A stretch of DNA of 64,000 bases from Verrucomicrobiales bacterium (GCA_031411295.1 JANOAV010000202.1:1-64000), one strand, 5' to 3'. Positions 1 to 7,687 are shown, counted from the stretch's first letter. Translations and numbers: made by a program. The notes: generated from the sequence alone by a model not told the origin.

Positions 1-135
1 TGCGGGCCGCCCCTGGTGGGCAAAATAGTGGCTCCAGTAACGCCCATTCCTTGTCACTCACATCTGTCGGGTAGCTTTTTCTCATTCCTTACCCTACCCC
101 ATTATGGCCCTTTTTCAAAATTACCGGACAGGTTC
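1..135 (-). mobile_element. IS5-family insertion sequence, left end plus transposase N-terminus (continues off-window)
   Basis: Minus-strand ATG at 85 reads MRKSYPTDVSDKEWALLEPLF, the typical YPSDLxDxEW start of IS5-family (IS427/IS1031-like) transposases. The probable element end GAACCTGTCCGG at 135 abuts a TAA/TTA. Not in the ORF track. Confidence 0.75.
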
Positions 136-254
136 TAAGGAACAACCTGAAGGGCTGGTGGTCAAGACGGATCACCCAAGAGCATAGGCTCATCTATCGG
201 GTGGAAGGCGACAGCCTGCTAATCATGCAGTGCAGATTCCACTACGATGACTGA
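135..254 (+). pseudogene. yoeB: C-terminal half of a Txe/YoeB family toxin, interrupted by the IS5 element
   Basis: Frame from 135 reads LRNNLKGWWSRRITQEHRLIYRVEGDSLLIMQCRFHYDD*, with the YoeB signature WSRRI..EHRL.Y...CR.HY. The N-terminal half is replaced by the IS end. Confidence 0.85.
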
Positions 255-351
255 GTTTCGTCCACTACGATGTGCTGAACCTGCGGTGGGTTACGATGGA
301 CAGCACGGCTGCATTGGTGCGAAAACCATGTGCCATGCAGATAATGACACT

Positions 352-691
352 GCAAGATACCGCGTGTGGCTCTACGGAGAAGGTCAGGAAATTTTACCAG
401 CAGAACGAGTAGCGTATCTGGCAGGTGGGGAAGGCTTCAAGCTGGAAACCATCGAAGCGGTGCGCGCTGCTGGCTGCTGGCGGGAACCTCTCGCGGGGAC
501 AAATGCTGCGGATCAAAATGAACTACCTAACACGAGGAGGAATCTTCGGGCGGGCCGGGTTCGTAAATGAGGTCTTCGTCTCGGTGCGGGATCGGTTTGG
601 GAAGAATCGGAAAAGCGGAGCCAGAAAGCTGAGAGGAGTCGATGCGTGCGACTTGCGGGTCTTGCGCGATCTGTGAAAGGGGGTAGGATGA
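352..691 (+). pseudogene. 3' remnant R1 of the Y1/RAYT-like transposase
   Basis: Reads YRVWLYGEGQEILPAE..FKLETIEAV and LSRGQMLRIKMNYLTRGGIFG..RFGKNRKSGARKL..DLRVLRDL in two frames, matching the C-terminus of ORF 50865-51902. Frameshifted, with a premature stop. Confidence 0.9.
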
Positions 692-826
692 AAACCGACC
701 CTGCTGCCCACTAGCTACCTCTCCGGCAAACTCAAAATTACATGAAGCCAACGTCGTCACATTCTTGCAACTATCAGCCTGCCAGCTTGTATTAGGATTT
801 CCAGCCAGCTTGTATTGGAATTTCCA
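692..826 (+). repeat. Conserved post-transposase tail 1 with end motif and a 23-bp tandem duplication
   Basis: Shared with 1702-1800 and 2140-2238. Ends in GCCTGCCAGCTTGT (777-790); 781-803 is imperfectly repeated at 804-826. Confidence 0.85.
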
Positions 827-840
827 ATGCTAGCGGGGGA

Positions 841-1161
841 TCAGAATAATTTCTTGGCCGCAGCAACCCGTTCGGAAAAGTAGAACGGTCGGCGCTTTGC
901 GTGAGTAATTGCTAGAACGACGAACTTCCCATTCCAGAGCAGGAAGGCGATATACCATTCCTCAAACTGTGGTCCCAGATTGATTCTCCTGATTTCGTGC
1001 CGACGGACACGATAGATTTCAGGGGTTGCGCGTGCTCGGTCGCGATTGACCAGATAATTTGCGTAAAAGGAATCAGCTAGTCGAGCGTCAATAACATCGT
1101 AGTGGCTGAAGGCAGACTGCAATTCTTCCTGAGCTGCCGGGAGGATTTCCCACGACATCAT
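841..1161 (-). CDS. Type II TA toxin, RelE/ParE family (copy 1)
   Basis: 106 aa with WEILPAAQEELQSAFSHY, RRINL..F..YIAF and VVLAITHAKRRPFY. Overlaps the upstream antitoxin by 4 nt. Confidence 0.85.
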   Translation of the reverse strand: MMSWEILPAAQEELQSAFSHYDVIDARLADSFYANYLVNRDRARATPEIYRVRRHEIRRINLGPQFEEWYIAFLLWNGKFVVLAITHAKRRPFYFSERVAAAKKLF

Positions 1162-1430
1162 GGGGCAGACAGATCTTTGGCTTGGCGTAATTTAGCAATA
1201 AAATCTTGCATTTGTTGGTCGGCCACGTCACCTGGAATCAACTGGACTTTTCCCTCCTTAACGTCGCTGACTCGTCTGGCAATTTCCTGATCCCAAGTGG
1301 CCTCCACAGATTCTTCATCATCGGGCACAGGCGGGTCAAAGCGCGAACGCAAGGTAGCATAGAGATCATACTGCTCGCCCGCAGGCAGCAGTTCCACATC
1401 ATGTTTGACTCGCTCAAGGGTTGCACTCAT
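1158..1430 (-). CDS. Addiction-module antitoxin (putative addiction module component family), copy 1
   Basis: 90 aa with LLPAGEQYDL and VEATWDQEIARRVSDVKEGKVQLIP, typical of this family. Coupled to the toxin gene. Confidence 0.85.
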   Translation of the reverse strand: MSATLERVKHDVELLPAGEQYDLYATLRSRFDPPVPDDEESVEATWDQEIARRVSDVKEGKVQLIPGDVADQQMQDFIAKLRQAKDLSAP

Positions 1431-1437
1431 GCGTGCC

Positions 1438-1466
1438 AGCGTAGCACAAACTAACTCCCTTGTCGA
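1438..1466 (-). promoter_or_regulatory. Sigma70-like promoter of TA copy 1 (probably leaderless)
   Basis: Minus strand TCGACA-17 nt-TACGCT with a TG extension, 7 nt before the ATG. Conserved in copy 2. Confidence 0.55.
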
Positions 1467-1540
1467 GTGTGGAAAAGTTGTCCTTTCGCATTCAAATTCA
1501 CGTCACACGAGAACTGGAAACCGGTGGTGGAGACGTTCAT

Positions 1541-1800
1541 CACGCGGCGGGATCTTCGGGCGTGCTGAGTTCGTCAATGAAGTGTTCGCTTCGACGCGGG
1601 ATCGGTTTGCGAAGAATCGAAAAAGCGGAGCCAGAAAACTCAAAGGAGCAGCGACCGGAGACCTGCGGGTCTTGCGGGATCTCCAGAAAGGAGTAGGATG
1701 AAAACCGACTCTGGTGCCCACTAGTAACGTCTCCGACAAACTTAAAATCACATGAAGCTAACGTCATTATATTCTTACGACAATCAGCCTGGCACCTTGT
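1541..1800 (+). pseudogene. 3' remnant R2 of the Y1 transposase plus conserved tail
   Basis: Reads RGGIFGRAEFVNEVF..RFAKNRKSGARKLKG..GDLRVLRDLQKGVG* (stop 1701), then a 99-bp tail ending in GCCTGGCACCTTGT (1787-1800). Confidence 0.9.
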
Positions 1801-1928
1801 ATTCCTTCCAATTTTTCGCCCACTAGATCGGCGCGCAGTTTGGAGCCTGCTTGGAGGTGCATTTTTTCGCGGATGGCCTTGGGAAGCACCAAGCGTCCAG
1901 CGGAGTCTAATGTAAGGGTAGCTGTCAT
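1801..1928 (-). pseudogene. AbrB/MazE/SpoVT-type antitoxin, truncated after the DNA-binding domain
   Basis: MTATLTLDSAGRLVLPKAIREKMHLQAGSKLRADLVGEKLE, then reads into the end motif. No cognate toxin gene. Confidence 0.8.
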
Positions 1929-1986
1929 GGCATTATTAATGGGAGAAAAAATGGGTTTGTCAATGGCACGAACGATGGTTCCCAAT

Positions 1987-2238
1987 GCGGGAAACTCTCG
2001 CAGGGGCACATGCTCAGGATCAAAGCGAACTATCACGCAGCGGGATCTTCGGCAGTGCTGGGTTCGGAAATGAAGTCTTCGTCTCGGTGCGGGAACGCTT
2101 TGGGAAGAATCGGAAATCTCCAGAAAGGGAGCAGGATGAAAACCGACCCTGGTGCCCGCTAGTAACCTCTCCGGTAAACTTAAAATTACATGAAGCTAAC
2201 GTTATCACATTCTTATGAAAATCAGCCTGCCAGCTTGT
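1987..2238 (+). pseudogene. 3' remnant R3 of the Y1 transposase (internal deletion) plus conserved tail
   Basis: Reads GKLSQGHMLRIK..GIFGSAGFGNEVFVSVRERFGKNRK and lacks the SGARKL..LRVLR segment. Stop-equivalent at 2139; tail ends in GCCTGCCAGCTTGT (2225-2238). Confidence 0.9.
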
Positions 2239-2266
2239 ATTGGATTTCCAATGCTAGCGGGGGGGA

Positions 2267-2587
2267 TCAGAATAATTTCTTGGCAACAGCAACCCGTTCG
2301 GAAAAGTAGAACGGACGGCGCTTTGCGTGAGTAATTGCCAGAACGACGAACTTCCCATTCCAGAGCAGGAAGGCGATATACCATTCCTCAAACTGTGGCC
2401 CCAGATTGATTCTCCTGATTTCGTGCCGACGGACACGATAGATTTCAGGGGTTGTGCGCGCTCGGTCGCGACTGACCAGATATTTTGCGTAAAAGGAATC
2501 AGCTAGTCGAGCGTCAATAACATCGTAGTGGCTGAAGGCAGACTGCAATTCTTCCTGAGCTGCCGGGATGATTTCCCACGACATCAT
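2267..2587 (-). CDS. Type II TA toxin, RelE/ParE family (copy 2)
   Basis: Near-identical paralog of 841-1161. Confidence 0.85.
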   Translation of the reverse strand: MMSWEIIPAAQEELQSAFSHYDVIDARLADSFYAKYLVSRDRARTTPEIYRVRRHEIRRINLGPQFEEWYIAFLLWNGKFVVLAITHAKRRPFYFSERVAVAKKLF

Positions 2588-2856
2588 GGGGCAGAAAGAT
2601 CTTTGGCTTGGCGTAATTTGGCAATAAAATCTTGCATTTGTTGGTCGGCCACATCACCTGGAATCAACTGGACTTTTCCTTCCTTGATGTCGTTGACTCG
2701 TCTGGCAATTTCCTCATCCCAAGTGGCTTCCACAGACTCTTCATCATCGGGCGCAGGCGGGTCAAAGCGCGAACGCAAGGTCGCATAGAGATCATACTGC
2801 TCGCCCGCAGGCAGCAGTTCAACATCATGCTTGACTCGCTCAAGGGTTGCACTCAT
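2584..2856 (-). CDS. Addiction-module antitoxin, copy 2
   Basis: Near-identical paralog of 1158-1430. Start set at MSATL by homology. Confidence 0.85.
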   Translation of the reverse strand: MSATLERVKHDVELLPAGEQYDLYATLRSRFDPPAPDDEESVEATWDEEIARRVNDIKEGKVQLIPGDVADQQMQDFIAKLRQAKDLSAP

Positions 2857-2862
2857 GAGGTG

Positions 2863-2891
2863 AGCATAGCACAAACTAACTCCCTTGTCGA
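2863..2891 (-). promoter_or_regulatory. Sigma70-like promoter of TA copy 2
   Basis: TCGACA-17 nt-TATGCT, 6 nt before the ATG. Confidence 0.55.
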
Positions 2892-2965
2892 GTGTGGAAA
2901 AGATGTCCTTTCGCATTTAAATTCACGTTACACGAGGACTGTAAACCGGAGGTGAAGACGTTCAT

Positions 2966-3226
2966 CACTAGGTGGGATCTTCGGGCGTGCTGGGTTCGTC
3001 AATGAAGTCGCCTCGGTGCGGGATCTGTTTGGGAAGAATCGGAAAAGCGGAGCCAGAAAACTCAAGGGAATCGAGACCCGAGACCTGCGGGTCTTGCGGG
3101 ATCTCCAGAAGGGAGTAGGCTAGCGACATCAAACCTCACCCTGCATCTCTCACTAATTCTCTAATTCTGAAAAATCCATGAAACCGGTGTCATCAAATTC
3201 TTTTTATAAAGAGGCTGCCAGCTTGC
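2966..3226 (+). pseudogene. 3' remnant R4 of the Y1 transposase plus tail
   Basis: Reads GGIFGRAGFVNEV..FGKNRKSGARKLKGIETRDLRVLRDLQKGVG* (TAG 3121-3123). The tail resembles that of the intact gene (CTGAAAAATC(C)ATGAAACC) and ends in GGCTGCCAGCTTGC (3213-3226). Confidence 0.9.
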
Positions 3227-3292
3227 TTTCCTCTGGCAACAAGTGGTCCGCTGCTGACTTGGAACTTTTAGCTTGGGATCAATAACCATACT

Positions 3293-4117
3293 ATGCCACA
3301 CGAGCACGATTTACCGGACGCGTTACCTAAAGATAAATGGCGTTCCTACGGCTTCCTTCAGAGCTATTCTCAACGGAGTTTACGGGTTTTATATGATGAA
3401 GTATTGAAATTAATCTTCTCAGTCGGTGCAACTTTTAGAGAATCATATGGCTTGCGCTTTTGCCACAATTATAGTCCTAATTTTCCGGACATTGTCATCG
3501 ATCGTCGCAGTGTTCCTTGGAAGAGACTATATCCAAAGGACATCGATTATATTTCCGGTCATAACGAATTCCTAATTTTCCCCGACGACATCGCCACCCA
3601 CCCAGCCTTTGAGCGTGGAGTGCTGTCGTTTCAGGTGGATTTTGCGGAGGGATTCATGGGTCAATTTGATGTTTCTTATTCAAATAGCAGCAAGTTTTCT
3701 CAGATCACGGTTCGGGACCGCTATCTGCTGACCAGCCCGCCAAGGCTGTTGGAGTTGCGTGGAGTCACGGACATCTCATTGCAATTGGGCGTGATCAAAC
3801 GTTCCACCCTGCCCCAGGCTTGTGCCTACTACCACTTTTGGAAAAAGGTGGCAGCGATCCTGAAAGCGGATCTGTGTTGTGGAGGCACTTTCTTTGACGA
3901 TGACGTAATGTGCTGCCAATGGCTCGAATACGCAGCGTTCCAATTTGCCCCAGGCCTGCCGAGTTGGGGCACAAGGCCCTTCGAGGAAAGGCGGATGCCC
4001 TGGAAGGTGGAATTAGACAAGACGAGCCAGGCGACGGTGTGGTTCGACAAATGTGAGGACAACCCAAACATCCCCCATCCTTGGCTTGGAGTGGATGGCC
4101 ATCTGGGAACTCCTTGA
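3293..4117 (+). CDS. Hypothetical protein (cargo ORF)
   Basis: 274-aa open frame, aromatic-rich, no family recognised. Confidence 0.6.
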   Translation: MPHEHDLPDALPKDKWRSYGFLQSYSQRSLRVLYDEVLKLIFSVGATFRESYGLRFCHNYSPNFPDIVIDRRSVPWKRLYPKDIDYISGHNEFLIFPDDIATHPAFERGVLSFQVDFAEGFMGQFDVSYSNSSKFSQITVRDRYLLTSPPRLLELRGVTDISLQLGVIKRSTLPQACAYYHFWKKVAAILKADLCCGGTFFDDDVMCCQWLEYAAFQFAPGLPSWGTRPFEERRMPWKVELDKTSQATVWFDKCEDNPNIPHPWLGVDGHLGTP

Positions 4118-4242
4118 GGCGAACGTGCGGGAGCGTGATTGAGTTGCTTGTGCTAACAGATCAGCTGGAAAATAAGCTACCATTCACATGATTGAGGTTT
4201 GAGGAATCACTTGCGGCCCACTAGAACTACCCTGGTTCCCCC

Positions 4243-4480
4243 ATGACTACCCGATAACGTTTCCGACCTGCCGATTTGGAGGCTGTGGCTTACTACCAGG
4301 TGGTTTCCCGATGTGATGACCGCAAGTTCTTCCTGGAGACTGAAGAGAGGGCGTTTCTGTTAAGTAGGTGCGTCGCTACGAGGCGCTGCATGGCGTGCGC
4401 GTGGTGACTTATTGCATCATGACGAACCATTCCCATCTGCTGATGGAGATTCCGCCGGGTCCGACGGCTGCGGGACCGAA
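4243..4480 (+). pseudogene. 5' remnant L1 of the Y1 transposase
   Basis: Reads MTTR*RFRPADLEAVAYYQVVSRCDDRKFFLETEERAFL and RRYEALHGVRVVTYCIMTNHSHLLMEIPP. Has a stop and a frameshift; the HUH motif is altered to HSH. Confidence 0.9.
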
Positions 4481-4588
4481 AGTTACCGATGCCAGCACTG
4501 CTTCTGTTGAATCCTCCAAACCCACCATGGTTTTGCTTCCCAGCTAATTTCCAAATTGCAGAATCGGCTCTATATGGTATCATGCCGT

Positions 4589-4813
4589 ATGAACATAATC
4601 CAAGATATCGAGTCGCGCATTTTTGCCCTACCCGAGCGGGAACGGGCAGATCTGGCATCCCGGTTGCTATCCTCACTGCCAGCATTTCTCACTGACCCCG
4701 ATGAGGGGATCACTGAGGCCCTGGACAGAGAAAGCTCTGCCAGCCGAGATCTTGGCGACTGTCTCACTCTGGAGCAATTTACGCAAGGCGTTCAGGCATT
4801 ACGAAGCCGATGA
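4589..4813 (+). CDS. Addiction-module antitoxin
   Basis: MNIIQDIESRIFALPERERADLASRLLSSLP..DEGITEALDR, with the LP..ERA.LA..LL.SL signature. Confidence 0.8.
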   Translation: MNIIQDIESRIFALPERERADLASRLLSSLPAFLTDPDEGITEALDRESSASRDLGDCLTLEQFTQGVQALRSR

Positions 4814-4852
4814 GCCAGCTCCGCTTCCATCGCCTTTTACAGCAGAGGTAAA
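4810..4852 (+). pseudogene. N-terminal stub of the cognate RelE/ParE toxin
   Basis: ATGA overlap with the antitoxin stop. Reads MSQLRFHRLLQQR*, resembling ParE-type starts, then stops. Confidence 0.55.
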
Positions 4853-4884
4853 GACAAGTTGCCATCCAGATTATTCATAGCTCT

Positions 4885-5580
4885 ATGACTCGCCTTCAAA
4901 AGAAGACCATCCTGCTAATAGCAGTTTGCGTGGTGATTGTATTTTGGATCAGCCAAAACAAGAAATCCACAACATCCGAAGGGGCGATAGTTAAAGCAAC
5001 ACCCCAGCGATCAAAAAGTATAGTTGAAAATAAAGATTTTGATAGAAAAGCCTACGAGAATATAGCCTGTAAATTGAGTGAAGCAGAGTTAGATCAAAAG
5101 ATCAACATGTGGACCAAGAAATTAACTGCTGCCGAACGATCAAGGGTGGAGTTGCGTAAAACTACGACTCGATCTCTGGCTAATTACGGCGCAAAGGATC
5201 AAAATCTAAGGACTGTCCACGTCGTTGTTAAAGCCCCTGAGGTGGAATGGATTAAAAAAACAAGGACGGAGTTCAACGCTGATTTTACTGATGAGATCCA
5301 GCGAGATAAAGCCGCCAAAGTTACCAACTTGGAGGGCCGCTATTTGGCATTTAAGCTGGCTTACAGGCTGCTGACTCATTCGACAAATTTAGATGTGGAC
5401 GGCAATCCCCTAAAAGTAGAGAGCGTGTCCTACACAACAATGGTGGAAACCTCTCATGTTGTGGAATTCTCCGGACCGGAAACGGGCGGGGCAACTGTTT
5501 ATAAGGCAGGAGAGAATATCTCAAGTAACTCACGTGTCAGTAAGACGTATACAGTTGATGATGCGATATTCCAAGAATGA
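4885..5580 (+). CDS. Hypothetical protein with N-terminal membrane anchor or signal (AT-rich cargo ORF)
   Basis: 231 aa, KKTILLIAVCVVIVFWIS N-terminus. Visibly more AT-rich than the core genes. Confidence 0.65.
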   Translation: MTRLQKKTILLIAVCVVIVFWISQNKKSTTSEGAIVKATPQRSKSIVENKDFDRKAYENIACKLSEAELDQKINMWTKKLTAAERSRVELRKTTTRSLANYGAKDQNLRTVHVVVKAPEVEWIKKTRTEFNADFTDEIQRDKAAKVTNLEGRYLAFKLAYRLLTHSTNLDVDGNPLKVESVSYTTMVETSHVVEFSGPETGGATVYKAGENISSNSRVSKTYTVDDAIFQE

Positions 5581-5685
5581 GCCGTCTAACTGCATTCATG
5601 TTCTTATGGTTCCCCAAAACAATGTGCCAACCACATTATTAAAAGAACCACTTGCGGCTCACTAGAATTTCCATAGTTTCACCCC

Positions 5686-5754
5686 ATGACTACCCGATAC
5701 CGTTTGCGTCCGGCAGATTTAGAGGCTGTGGCTTGCTACCATGTGGTTTCCCGG
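5686..5754 (+). pseudogene. 5' remnant L2 of the Y1 transposase
   Basis: Reads MTTRYRLRPADLEAVACYHVVSR. Upstream GAACCACTTGCGGCTCACTAGAA is shared with L1. Confidence 0.9.
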
Positions 5755-5769
5755 TCACTTGGTTGGGAT

Positions 5770-5823
5770 ACCGAGGGTATCGCTGGCGCTCAATCGGCTA
5801 ATTTCTGAGATCCCGCTAGGATC
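5770..5823. repeat. REP-like double-hairpin element (degenerate)
   Basis: CCGAGGGTATCGCTGGCGCTCAATCGG followed by the GATCCCGCTAGGATC hairpin. Same architecture as 29288-29343. Confidence 0.45.
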
Positions 5824-5834
5824 ATCCCATCTTG

Positions 5835-5996
5835 AACCCGAAAGAGGCATTTGCAATGTAGTTATGGACTTCAGTCCGTAACCATAAGGGATCGAACGCG
5901 GATCAAACGAACGCAGTTTTGTGGAACACGCGCGTCTGTGTCTGATGGGTGCGGACTAAAGTCCCGCACTACATTTTAAAACGCCATTTTCGGGTT
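5835..5996. repeat. Inverted pair of GTAG-type REPs (REPIN-like)
   Basis: GTAGTTATGGACTTCAGTCCGT (5858-5879) and, inverted, GCGGACTAAAGTCCCGCACTAC (5951-5972). Outer inverted arms AACCCGAAA/TTTCGGGTT. Confidence 0.7.
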
Positions 5997-6023
5997 GAAC
6001 CCAACTAGGAAGAAGCCGTAAGG

Positions 6024-7508
6024 CTAGCGAATCTTCTGATCGGGAAGTTCCGTTTTAATTCCTTCATCCAACGGCATCTTATCCTGATCTGGCGTTAGGC
6101 CTTCCGCCACCAGCAGGTCTGCCAATTGTTTGGCGAGCTTGGATTTGGTTTCGGCAAAGGCTGGATCTTGCGCGAGGTTGTGATCTTCTTTGGGATCCTT
6201 TGTGAGATCATACAACTCCGCCAGATGCTTGTCTGGAGTGCCATCGCCCGGGGGATAGTGGATGTATTTCCAACCATCCGTGCGGATGCCCCGGACGTTC
6301 GGTGTGTAGGGGAATTGCTTCTCGTAATTGTATTCGTAGAACCAATCCGTGCGCCATGCGGAGTCGCCCGCATTGGCCAACTGACGCCAGGAATGCCCTT
6401 GGATTTTTGGTAAAGCGGGCACGCCACAAAGATCCAGCACGCTGGGGGCCACATCCAGCGTCAGCACTTGCTGCGCAATGACCTTGCCGGCAGGCAATCC
6501 CGGGCCGCGGGCGATCAAGGGGATGCGGATGCTGGGCTCATGCATCGTCCGCTTGTCCACCATGCCGTGCTCACCTTCCAGCAATCCGTTGTCGCCCATG
6601 AAGACCACCACGGTGTTGTCCCACTGACCGCTCGCTTGGAGAAATTTTACCATCCGGGCCACGCTATCATCCACACTGAGCACCGTGCCCCAGTAACCGT
6701 GGACCATGTTTTCAAAATCAATCACGGCCTCCGGGCGGTCGTCAGGAAATTTCTTCCGCCATTCAAACAACGGCCCATAGATCCCATGCCAGGTGTTGAG
6801 ACGTTGTTTCATCCACGCCGGCTTGTCCTCCAAGGCAAACGCCGAGGCGGGGTAGGGGACTTTCACGGCATCGAAACTGTGGGCATATTTTTCCTCCGGG
6901 GTGTAGAAGCTATGCGGGGCCTTATGCCCCACGCAGAGCGCCCAGGGCTTGGCGGATTGCGGATGCTGCTGCAGCCAATCCAGCGCCAGATCCGTCACGG
7001 TCGTGGTGTAGTAACCAGGAATCACCTTCGCCTCCGCGCCATTGATGCGCCATTCGGTATCGAAATATTTCCCCTGACCTTTGTGCGTCACGAAATAATC
7101 AAACCCTGGCCGGGGCGCATCATTGTTCTCCCCCATGTGCCATTTCCCTATATAGGCCGTGGCATATCCATGGTCCTTCAATTGCCCGGGCCAGTGCGGC
7201 TGCGCGGCGGGCAACTCCGTGAAATTATCCCGCACGCCATGTCGATGCGCATAGAGTCCAGTGAGAATACTGGCACGACTGGGCGAACATAGCGACGTGG
7301 TGCAAAACGTGTTCTGAAATCGCACGCCACCCGCCGCCAGCGCATCAATGTTGGGCGTCTTCACATGTGCGGAGCCATAGCACCCCAGCGCATCCGGCCG
7401 CAAATCGTCGCACAAAATGTAAAGCACATTGGGGTGCTTTGGTTCGGCGGCTTGGCTGAAGCCAAGAAGTGTCAGCGAGATGGCGAGGAGATGCAGCAAT
7501 GATTTCAT
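6024..7508 (-). CDS. Sulfatase (formylglycine-dependent, GlcNAc-6-sulfatase-like)
   Basis: Signal peptide, [25 protein letters not shown] and DNG..GEHG motifs. Confidence 0.92.
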   Translation of the reverse strand: MKSLLHLLAISLTLLGFSQAAEPKHPNVLYILCDDLRPDALGCYGSAHVKTPNIDALAAGGVRFQNTFCTTSLCSPSRASILTGLYAHRHGVRDNFTELPAAQPHWPGQLKDHGYATAYIGKWHMGENNDAPRPGFDYFVTHKGQGKYFDTEWRINGAEAKVIPGYYTTTVTDLALDWLQQHPQSAKPWALCVGHKAPHSFYTPEEKYAHSFDAVKVPYPASAFALEDKPAWMKQRLNTWHGIYGPLFEWRKKFPDDRPEAVIDFENMVHGYWGTVLSVDDSVARMVKFLQASGQWDNTVVVFMGDNGLLEGEHGMVDKRTMHEPSIRIPLIARGPGLPAGKVIAQQVLTLDVAPSVLDLCGVPALPKIQGHSWRQLANAGDSAWRTDWFYEYNYEKQFPYTPNVRGIRTDGWKYIHYPPGDGTPDKHLAELYDLTKDPKEDHNLAQDPAFAETKSKLAKQLADLLVAEGLTPDQDKMPLDEGIKTELPDQKIR

Positions 7509-7604
7509 AAGTGAAGGAAGCCACGATCATAGGCCTCAGCCGTCGTCCGTCCATCACGGATTGGCGGAGTTTAAGGAGCCTCAGTCAAGAAAAGCTCCAG
7601 CAAC

Positions 7605-7687
7605 GTGGAGGGCGAAGTAACGAGACCAGCACCCCGCTCAGCCGAACCCCCGATGCATGATGCCGGTCTCCTAACGTCGCCCTCCAC
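7605..7687. repeat. Inverted REP-like doublet
   Basis: GTGGAGGGCGAAGTAACGAGACC (7605-7627) and its near reverse complement GGTCTCCTAACGTCGCCCTCCAC (7665-7687). Confidence 0.6.

Noticed and set aside
247..760. ORFs 247-570, 425-676, 523-711, 527-760 and similar short ORFs up to 2955
   Set aside because: They are frames across transposase remnants or antisense shadows of the TA genes and tails.
350..5760. Classical integron with attC sites
   Set aside because: No tyrosine recombinase and no RYYYAAC..GTTRRRY paired sites seen. The repeats derive from the transposase gene.
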